Made by a program: the position numbers and the translations under genes. The notes under the pieces are model-generated. The model had not been told where the DNA came from, did not search any database, and saw nothing but the letters and a program-made list of their open reading frames with translations. From contig JAURAC010000006.1 in assembly GCA_030586555.1 (NCBI GenBank), positions 16,794 through 80,793 of the forward strand: 64,000 nucleotides of DNA. Direction: 5' to 3'. Every line of letters begins with the position of its first letter. The first letter of the stretch is position 1. This document shows, piece after piece, positions 56,829 through 64,000 of the stretch. Source of the stretch: Candidatus Subterrananammoxibius californiae. GTDB lineage: Bacteria > Planctomycetota > Brocadiia > Brocadiales > Subterrananammoxibiaceae.

Positions 56829-57240
56829 TAATGGAAAACCTTGCAAAGGTCTTGATGAAAGAGGCAGGCTATAGATATGAAGCGATGCTTAATTCATACG
56901 AAAACCAGCGATGGTCGTTTGTCGTCAGGCTTTCACAAGAATGTGTGGAATTAACGCTCAAAGCTATCTTAAGGTATTTCTGTATAGAACCCCAAAGTGG
57001 CATGATGTAGGCGCTATCTTTGAGCAAAATCAGCATAAGTTTACACCTCTCATTAGAGAAAAACTCGAAGACATTATAAAAATATCTAAAGAGTTGCGTA
57101 AGGACCGAGAACTAAGTATGTATGGCGACAAGGAGAGGGGTTTATCATCCATAGATTTATATAAAAAACCTCAGGCTACAGAGGCTAAGACGTGGGCTGA
57201 AGAAATATACAAGCTGGGAAAGGAAGTAATCCATGTTTAG
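56825..57240 (+). pseudogene. HEPN domain protein split by a 1-nt frameshift near 56990
   Basis: SQECVEL.LKA.L in one frame; PKWHDVG...RELSMYGD in the other. Confidence 0.8.
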
Positions 57241-57247
57241 AATTTAC

Positions 57248-57276
57248 TTGCTTTTACAATATAGGTTTGGTAACAT
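57248..57276 (+). promoter_or_regulatory. Putative sigma70 promoter
   Basis: TTGCTT-17 nt-TAACAT with extended -10 TG. Confidence 0.45.
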
Positions 57277-57298
57277 TTAAACACGGAGCGGAGAAACT

Positions 57299-57391
57299 AT
57301 GGCAAGCGGTTATAGCGGAAAAAAGAAACATCGTCTTAACAGGAGAAAATACGTCCTTAAAAGGCGCAGAAGAAAGTCTCTTAAGGGCTAA
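57299..57391 (+). CDS. 30-aa highly basic peptide (not in ORF track)
   Basis: GGAG RBS; MASGYSGKKKHRLNRRKYVLKRRRRKSLKG. Confidence 0.6.
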   Translation: MASGYSGKKKHRLNRRKYVLKRRRRKSLKG

Positions 57392-57566
57392 CTTACCTTT
57401 TTGAAAAAATGACTCAATAGAAATATCTAAATAGAAAACTAAAAAGTAAAACATGCATTTTAATTTTACATTTTTCGTTTGGATATTTTTATCTACTTTT
57501 TTTCAAAACACATCTTTCGATTATTCCTTCAGTCCCAACCATACCCCCCTTTTAAGGTAAACTTAC

Positions 57567-58052
57567 GTGATTAAGACCGCAATATTAACTATAAGCGACA
57601 AAGGCTCTCGGGGAGAGCGCGAGGACAAGAGCGGGCAAACAATCAGGGATATGCTTGGCTCCATCAATGCAGAGGTGTGCGTATACGAGATTATCCCGGA
57701 TGAGCGGGACTTAATTGCTCAGAGGCTGCGGGCTTTGGTCGAAAAGGTAGATTTAATACTAACGACAGGGGGTACGGGCGTAGGACCCAGGGACGTGACG
57801 CCCGAAGCAACAAGGACGGTAATAGAAAAGGAACTGCCCGGCTTTGGTGAGGTAATGAGAATGGCAGGTTTTAAGATTACACCCAGAGCCATAGGGTCCC
57901 GTGCCGTTGCCGGTATATACAAGCAAACCTTAATCATAAATCTTCCTGGAAGCCCTAAAAGCGTTTCGGAGTGTCTTGGAACAATTATACAATCAATTCC
58001 TCACACGATTGACCTCATAAAAGGAAAGGTTAATGAATGTGGGAGGACATAA
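57567..58052 (+). CDS. mog: Molybdopterin adenylyltransferase (MogA/MoaB)
   Basis: TISD, D.SG, TTGGTG..PRDVTPEAT, NLPGSP. Confidence 0.92.
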   Translation: MIKTAILTISDKGSRGEREDKSGQTIRDMLGSINAEVCVYEIIPDERDLIAQRLRALVEKVDLILTTGGTGVGPRDVTPEATRTVIEKELPGFGEVMRMAGFKITPRAIGSRAVAGIYKQTLIINLPGSPKSVSECLGTIIQSIPHTIDLIKGKVNECGRT

Positions 58053-58053
58053 A

Positions 58054-58106
58054 AGTTCATAGCTCATAGCTCATAGTTCATAGTTCATAGTTGATGGCTG
58101 ATAGCT
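58054..58106. repeat. Heptamer tandem array (AGYTCAT)n
   Basis: agttcatagctcatagctcatagttcatagttcatag. Confidence 0.85.
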
Positions 58107-58112
58107 TATATT

Positions 58113-58991
58113 ATGACCTTTCAAGAAATTATATTAAAACTGCAAAAATACTGGGCAGATTACGGCTGTGTGCTACTTCAGCCTTACGACATAGAGGTGG
58201 GAGCCGGGACGTTTAACCCGGCAACCTTTTTGAAGTCGCTCGGTCCGGAACCGTGGAAGACAGCATATGTGGAACCATCAAGAAGGCCCACTGACGGCAG
58301 GTATGGAGCCAATCCCAATAGACTCCAGCATTATTATCAATTCCAGGTCGTAATAAAGCCCGCACCGGATGACGCTCAGGACATTTACCTTAACAGCATG
58401 CGGCATCTTGGGATAGACCTTGTTTCGCATGACGTGCGTTTTGTAGAGGATGACTGGGAATCCCCCACGCTCGGCGCTACAGGGCTTGGCTGGGAGGTCT
58501 GGCTCGATGGGATGGAGGTAACCCAATTTACATACTTCCAGCAGGTGGGCGGCATCGAACTTGACACCATTTCCCTTGAACTCACGTATGGACTTGAACG
58601 CATAGCCATGTTCATCCAGCAAAAGGGCTCCGTCTTTGACATCGAGTGGGTTAATGGCTGTACATACGGTGATATACATCGTCAGGACGAGATACAATTT
58701 TCTATATATAACTTTGACATGGCTGACACCACCCTCCTCTTTCAATTGTTTGACCAGTACGAAAAGGAATGCAAACGGTTATTGAAAGAGGGTCTGATAC
58801 TTCCGGCATATGATTATGTGCTTAAGTGTTCTCATACATTCAACTTACTCGATGCCAGAAAGGCAATAGGCGTAACACAGCGCACAAGCTATATTGCACG
58901 TGTTAGAAATATAGCCAGAGCTTGCGCTGAAGGGTACTTGAAGATGAGGGAGGAACTCGGCTGGCCATTACTGAAAAAAAAAGATAGGTAA
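58113..58991 (+). CDS. glyQ: Glycine--tRNA ligase alpha subunit
   Basis: GAGTF, PSRRP.DGRYG.NPNRL, QFTYFQQ, TYGLER. Confidence 0.98.
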   Translation: MTFQEIILKLQKYWADYGCVLLQPYDIEVGAGTFNPATFLKSLGPEPWKTAYVEPSRRPTDGRYGANPNRLQHYYQFQVVIKPAPDDAQDIYLNSMRHLGIDLVSHDVRFVEDDWESPTLGATGLGWEVWLDGMEVTQFTYFQQVGGIELDTISLELTYGLERIAMFIQQKGSVFDIEWVNGCTYGDIHRQDEIQFSIYNFDMADTTLLFQLFDQYEKECKRLLKEGLILPAYDYVLKCSHTFNLLDARKAIGVTQRTSYIARVRNIARACAEGYLKMREELGWPLLKKKDR

Positions 58992-58999
58992 AAAAATAA

Positions 59000-59027
59000 A
59001 TAGGGGCACGTTACAACGTGCCCCTAT
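59000..59027. repeat. Family-A-like palindrome probably acting as bidirectional terminator
   Basis: ataggggcacgttacaacgtgcccctat between convergent genes. Confidence 0.7.
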
Positions 59028-59053
59028 TTCACTTCAGCAAATAAACAGTACAT

Positions 59054-59464
59054 TCACCTTATCAGGCAAAGGGTCTCTGCCACATACTTCCCGCCAATAA
59101 TGCTGAAAGTGGCTTTAATCCTATAGCCGACCCCGAGGGCATTAAAATCCAGTCTATCTGCTTCTGTGAACTGTGCGGCACCACGGACGTCTTCCAGATT
59201 GGTCTTCTCGCTACCTTTGTAAATCATTGTATTAGAACCTACACAGAGGGATTCATCACCGAGAATATCACTTCCTTCTATAAACAAGCAGTGATTCTGG
59301 GCATCAACCGACTTGACGGTACCTTCAATTACCTGGTACTTTACATAGCCTGAAGCACCCATTGGCCAATCCGCCGCTTTCCCAGCAAATGTGCTCGCGC
59401 TGAGGAAACACACTACCGTGGTAAAAACTATTAATGTGCCTAAAATCAGGCTCACCTTCTTCAT
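59054..59464 (-). CDS. Exported hypothetical protein (probable OB-fold), paralog 1
   Basis: Signal peptide; IEGTVKSVD..L.VG..I..TF. Confidence 0.75.
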   Translation of the reverse strand: MKKVSLILGTLIVFTTVVCFLSASTFAGKAADWPMGASGYVKYQVIEGTVKSVDAQNHCLFIEGSDILGDESLCVGSNTMIYKGSEKTNLEDVRGAAQFTEADRLDFNALGVGYRIKATFSIIGGKYVAETLCLIR

Positions 59465-59741
59465 AATAAAAGCCTCCTTTTAATTCGGAAATTCCTATAT
59501 AATCAGAAAATTCAATAACTTAAACTTGATATGGCAAAGCCTGAAAGTCATTAACAACTACTATTACTTTGCCATTTTAATTATACGACACCTTTTTGTT
59601 TTCGTCAAGTACGATTTAATAATAACAATCAACGGGGAATAATTATTAATAATTTACCTTAGGGGATGACACTTTATCCACAAGGATATTTACCGCATTT
59701 CAAAAACGCAAATAAGGGGTAGGGAATTAACTGGCTGTACC

Positions 59742-59795
59742 AAAAAAAGAGAGGGGTGAAAGGCACTTTACTTAAGTTTCCTTTTCACCCCCTCC
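59742..59795 (-). terminator. Intrinsic terminator after paralog 2
   Basis: gaggggtgaaagg...ccttttcaccccct with T tract on the minus strand. Confidence 0.6.
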
Positions 59796-59862
59796 AAACT
59801 GGTAAGTATGTACACCTCTGTACGCAATTGGCAGATAAGCTGAATCTTTACTTTTTACCAGA

Positions 59863-60279
59863 TTACTTGGACCTTATCTGGCAAAGGGTCACTGCCACAT
59901 GCTTACCTTCGATTATGCTAAAAGTGGTTCTAACCTTATCTCCGACCCCGAGGGCATTAAAATTCAGCTTATCTGCATCTGTGAATTGTGCGGCACTATG
60001 GATATCTTCCAGGTTCGTATTCTCAGTACCTTTGAAAATCTTTGTAGTAGAATCTACATAGAGAGGCTCGCTACCGAGAATATCGCTTCCTTCCACTGTG
60101 AAGCTACTATTCTTAGTATCAATCGATTTTACAGTTCCTTCAATTACCTGGAATTTTACATAGCCAACCGCACCCATTGGCCAATCTGCCGCTTTCCCGG
60201 CAAATACGTTTGCGCTGAGGAAGCAAACCATTGTGGCGAATATCACCAATGTCCCTAAAATTAAACTCGCCTTCTTCAT
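59863..60279 (-). CDS. Exported hypothetical protein, paralog 2
   Basis: Colinear with 59054-59464 (AGKAADWPMGA). Confidence 0.75.
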   Translation of the reverse strand: MKKASLILGTLVIFATMVCFLSANVFAGKAADWPMGAVGYVKFQVIEGTVKSIDTKNSSFTVEGSDILGSEPLYVDSTTKIFKGTENTNLEDIHSAAQFTDADKLNFNALGVGDKVRTTFSIIEGKHVAVTLCQIRSK

Positions 60280-60382
60280 GGTAAAGCCCTCCTTTTATTA
60301 AAAATTTTACATAAAATTAGGAAATTCAATATATTAAACCTGCTACTATAACGTCTGGAAATGCATAATAATAACCATTTCC

Positions 60383-60531
60383 TTGTTGTAAGTATACGAT
60401 ACATTTTTATTTTTGTCAAGTTCAAGTGAAAAATAGTCAGCAAAGAACTATTGCATACAGAATGAATAAAAATTGTCATTCCCATGCGACGGGATACAGT
60501 ACAAACTGGGAATGATTTATCATTTATCGAG
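60383..60531 (-). repeat. 149-bp promoter-containing direct repeat, copy 1
   Basis: Matches 62780-62927; TTGACA-17-TATACT on the minus strand. Confidence 0.9.
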
Positions 60532-60820
60532 CTGTTGTCCAGACCACGCCTTGTATAATTAGCGGCTTCTTTTTTACAATATAAAGATCTGTGTGATAAC
60601 AAGCCCAACAAGAGTTACGCTTGCCTACAGAGGAATCCCGAATATATGAAGATAGATCGCCATCAGGATCGAGTACGCATATCTCTGGTACACTACCAGA
60701 TGGTAGCAACTTCTGACGTCGAGCCTGCTTCAGCGAATTTGCCGGGTCAAAAACTGACGGTTTCCGGTAATGTTTATTTGCAAGTATTGGTATCATACAA
60801 TAATCTTTTACCTTATTCAT
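60524..60820 (-). pseudogene. N-terminal fragment of a nucleoside phosphorylase-family gene
   Basis: SVF.P...L..ARRQK....VPEICVLDPDGD...WACYHT, truncated at the repeat. Confidence 0.6.
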
Positions 60821-60960
60821 TTCACTCCAAACTTTCTCAGTATCCACATCATCGGGCACCAATTTGTAAATGCAGATTGAAAGAGACTAAGGCAGACAAA
60901 ACCTGTAAGCAGAAGCCATTTTCGAGTTACCAAATAGGCTAATATAAGACTAACGAGGAT
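60817..60960 (-). pseudogene. 5'-truncated DUF2892 (YgaP-like) membrane protein
   Basis: WLLLTGFVCLSLFQSAFTNWCPMMWILRKFGVK-stop; no in-frame start codon. Confidence 0.65.
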
Positions 60961-61070
60961 AATTTTAGAAATTAGAATTATGGCCTGTATAACTTATAAA
61001 AAAAGGGGTAGGATAAAATTTATTGCAAGCAACTTTTGGCGGGAAACTTAACTTTATTAATTTGGGGAAA

Positions 61071-61979
61071 TCAGGCTTTTTTTACGAACGTGCCATTGTT
61101 GTATTCCTCAAAAGCTTTTCTTAGCTCCTCTTGCGTATTCATGACAATAGGACCGTACCATGCCACCGGCTCCTTTAAGGGTTTTCCGGAAATCAGAAGA
61201 AATCTCACTGGTTTATCTTTTGTCGTAACATTAATTTCTTCCCCTTGTTCATAGAGTACGGCACTCTCCGACGTTATGAGGCACTCCCGTTTAAAATCAA
61301 AATAATTTGCGCCTTCGACTTCGTAGGCAAATGAATCTTTGCCTTTATCGAAATAGGCTTGGCCTTCAAATACGTAAGCAAAGACCGTATGGTCGGGCTT
61401 TACATTATGAATAAACATTGTCTTGGCAGGCACCGACACATCCAAATACTCCGGGTCAATTACGATATCGCTTACCGGGCCTTGTACGCCATCAACTTTT
61501 CCACAGATTATCTTAATTGCTGTTCCATCTTTATGCTTTACTTCTGGAATCGTATTTTTCTTCACATCGCGATAACGGGGATCCATCATCTTCCGGTTTG
61601 CCGGTAGATTTGCCCACAGCTGGAATCCCCCCATTAACCCTCTCTTGTCGCCCTTAGGCATCTCCTGGTGGATAACACCGCTACCCGCGGTCATCCACTG
61701 TACATCTCCGGGAGAAATGACGCCTTTATTGCCCATACTGTCACCATGCTCAACATATCCATTAAGCATATATGTGATAGTTTCTATTCCTCGGTGAGGA
61801 TGCCAAGGAAATCCCGGCACATAATAATCAGGATCATTGGAACGAAAATCATCTAACATCAGGAAAGGGTCTAACTGCGGTACATGGTAATATCCGAACG
61901 CCCTCTTCAGATGTACCCCGGCGCCTTCAATCGTAGGCTTACTCTTTAATATTTTATTAATTTTACGTATTGCTCCCAT
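61071..61979 (-). CDS. Pirin family protein
   Basis: DPFLMLD, HPHRGIET, WMTAGSG..HQE, FQLWANLP, GPIVMNT. Confidence 0.95.
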   Translation of the reverse strand: MGAIRKINKILKSKPTIEGAGVHLKRAFGYYHVPQLDPFLMLDDFRSNDPDYYVPGFPWHPHRGIETITYMLNGYVEHGDSMGNKGVISPGDVQWMTAGSGVIHQEMPKGDKRGLMGGFQLWANLPANRKMMDPRYRDVKKNTIPEVKHKDGTAIKIICGKVDGVQGPVSDIVIDPEYLDVSVPAKTMFIHNVKPDHTVFAYVFEGQAYFDKGKDSFAYEVEGANYFDFKRECLITSESAVLYEQGEEINVTTKDKPVRFLLISGKPLKEPVAWYGPIVMNTQEELRKAFEEYNNGTFVKKA

Positions 61980-62070
61980 AGCTTCTCTATCATTGAATCT
62001 CTCCGGGCTAAAGCCCGGAGTTTCCTGAATAACCCCGGCCAACTCGCGGCCACGGTCATTGTAGGCGCGA

Positions 62071-62718
62071 TTACTTCTGACGTGCAGCCTCTTGAGCCTT
62101 ATTGTGGCTCTCCATCAGCAACCGGTAATTCGGTATGATATGTTCGCCAAAGAGGTTGGCGTAACCCAAAGCATCAGGACGATTCCAGGTCTGCTGGAGT
62201 TCCCCTATAACGGCAAATGTATCAATCGGGACTACACCGGCCTGTGCAATGCGGGCGATAGTTAAATCTGTTGCCATCTGACTCCAGTTGCCTGAAGCAT
62301 CCACAACGGCATACACCTTGTAACCGGCTGCCACTGCGCTGATGGCCGGGAATGCCAGGCACACACTCGTGAGCGTACCTGTCATCACTACGGTCTTCCG
62401 TTTGGTCTCTTCAACGGCTCTTACGAACATGGGCACGTCCCATGCATTAATCTGGCCCTGACGCGGGACATATTTGGCGTGAGGAGCGAATTGTTGAATC
62501 TCTGGAATTACCGGGCCGTTCGGGCCTTCCGGCACGGACGCAGTAGTGATAACGGGAATTTTCAACATCGTGGCAACCTTGGCGAGAGCGATAACATTGT
62601 TTCGCAGTTGAGACACAGGCATGTCTTTGACAAGGTTGAACAAGCCACTTTGGTGATCAATTAATAACATAACGACGTCGTTTGGGTTAATCATGGCCTT
62701 TTCTTGTGGTTTACTCAT
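62071..62718 (-). CDS. Isochorismatase family hydrolase (YcaC-like)
   Basis: [29 protein letters not shown]. Confidence 0.92.
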   Translation of the reverse strand: MSKPQEKAMINPNDVVMLLIDHQSGLFNLVKDMPVSQLRNNVIALAKVATMLKIPVITTASVPEGPNGPVIPEIQQFAPHAKYVPRQGQINAWDVPMFVRAVEETKRKTVVMTGTLTSVCLAFPAISAVAAGYKVYAVVDASGNWSQMATDLTIARIAQAGVVPIDTFAVIGELQQTWNRPDALGYANLFGEHIIPNYRLLMESHNKAQEAARQK

Positions 62719-62779
62719 CTTACTCTCCTTGCCCAGAAAGGGCACACTCGCGAAATTCAGGTAAGCGCAAGGTGTTTCG

Positions 62780-62927
62780 TTGTTGTAAGTGTACGATACA
62801 TTTTTATTTTTGTCAAGTTCAAGTGAAAAATAATCAACAAAGAACTATTGCATACAGAATGAATAAAAATTGGCATTTCCTTGTAGCGGATACCGTACAA
62901 AATGGGAACGATTTATCATTTATCGAG
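62780..62927 (-). repeat. Promoter-containing direct repeat, copy 2
   Basis: TTGACA-17-TACACT on the minus strand; matches 60383-60531. Confidence 0.9.
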
Positions 62928-62952
62928 GACAAAACAGGCAGGTTATCCAGCG

Positions 62953-64000
62953 TTACCTTTCTTCGCCATTTTGAGCAGTTGCGAACAGGGTAAGGTCTGT
63001 TGAATCATATACCGTCACGTTCACCAATTTTCCGGTAAGGTTAGAGGAGCCTTCAAAAACGGCAATCTGGTTTTGCCGCGTGCGGCATGTTAATTTTTTC
63101 GTGTCGGACTTGCTTGAACCTTCCACCAGCACCTCAACCGTTTTGCCAATCATCTTTCTGTTCGCTTCTGCGCTAATTCTCCTCTGCAATTCAAGCAATA
63201 GCTGATTTCTTTCCTTTTTTATTTCTTCCGGGACATCGTCCGTTAGTTCGGCGGCCTTTGTGCCGGGACGGGGAGAATATTTAAAAATAAAACTGCTTTG
63301 ATAACTTATATCCTTCATCATTTTGACCGTTTCCTCGAAGTCCTCATCCGTCTCGCCAGGAAAGCCTACAATGAAATCCCCAGCAATAGCGATTCCCGGA
63401 ACAAGTTCTTTTGCCAGCTCAATTAACTCCCGATAATAAGCGGTGGTATACACCCTGTGCATCCTTTTAAGCACCCTGTCCGAGCCTGACTGGGCGGGCA
63501 TGTGAAGGTATTCGCATACCTTTGGGAGATTGCCCATCGCCTCAAGCACATCTCTGGTCATATCCTTAGGGTGCGATGTAACAAACCTGATTCTTTCAAG
63601 CCCGTCAATCTGGTTAATCTCTTTGAGCAGGCATGCAAGATTGCCCTGCTTGCTATCATGGCCGTAAGAATTTACGTTCTGGCCAAGAAGCGTAATCTCT
63701 TTGCATCCATCCTCCGCCAGACGTCTCGCCTCCTCCACAATGTCCCCCACAGGCCTGCTACCCTCACGACCCCGGACATAAGGTACAATACAATAAGAAC
63801 AAAAATGGTTGCATCCCCGCATAATGGAAATATAGGCTTGATATTTGTTTGGACGGTGTGAAATAGACCTGCTAATGCTAACGACCTTATCCTCATCAAT
63901 TGCAAGGAGGTGTCTCCCGTTCTTTTTAACCTTTTCAAGTAAGGAGGGCAACGCAGAAAACATCCTTGTCCCGCAAACAAGGTCAACGTGCGGCATGCGC
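62953..64000 (-). CDS. miaB: tRNA-2-methylthio-N6-dimethylallyladenosine synthase (5' end outside window)
   Basis: CNHFCSYC radical SAM motif, [28 protein letters not shown] tail. Confidence 0.93.
   Translation of the reverse strand, partial: RMPHVDLVCGTRMFSALPSLLEKVKKNGRHLLAIDEDKVVSISRSISHRPNKYQAYISIMRGCNHFCSYCIVPYVRGREGSRPVGDIVEEARRLAEDGCKEITLLGQNVNSYGHDSKQGNLACLLKEINQIDGLERIRFVTSHPKDMTRDVLEAMGNLPKVCEYLHMPAQSGSDRVLKRMHRVYTTAYYRELIELAKELVPGIAIAGDFIVGFPGETDEDFEETVKMMKDISYQSSFIFKYSPRPGTKAAELTDDVPEEIKKERNQLLLELQRRISAEANRKMIGKTVEVLVEGSSKSDTKKLTCRTRQNQIAVFEGSSNLTGKLVNVTVYDSTDLTLFATAQNGEER

Noticed and set aside
62001..62020. IS200/IS605 end (ctccgggctaaagcccggag hairpin)
   Set aside because: Single hairpin without tnpA/tnpB or a partner end; treated as another REP-like palindrome.

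Overview
Bacterial chromosomal window, moderately AT-rich and probably from an anaerobe. A Planctomycetota/Brocadiia-like origin is only an impression and cannot be proven from this sequence. The backbone is housekeeping: cstA, cinA, ychF, cobT, leuS-holA, gap-pgk-rpe-accD, gdhA-fabG, a NikR-regulated Ni/Co ECF transporter, fhs, ispD-ispG-dxr-rseP, psd, mog, glyQ and a partial miaB. I saw no rRNA, tRNA, CRISPR-cas locus, transposase, integrase or reverse transcriptase. Two layers on top of the genes are striking. (1) At least eight families of 15-60 bp palindromes and inverted 7-mer arrays. They sit in frame inside core proteins (LeuRS, CobT, IspD, Dxr, HolA, histidine kinases), supply stop codons or C-termini, knock out a toxin, and nest inside one another. 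A fixed 30-bp double hairpin is inserted without target duplication into three different host palindromes, and empty versions of two of these hosts are present in the window. (2) Small cargo, including TA modules, a candidate ~310-nt structured RNA and pirin/YcaC, bracketed by diverged duplicates of the neighbouring gene end or promoter (psd 5' end x3, DUF2284 3' end, holA/accD ends, a 149-bp promoter). Several unannotated small ORFs and pseudogene fragments were also found. Family names come from motif recognition by eye, not database searches.
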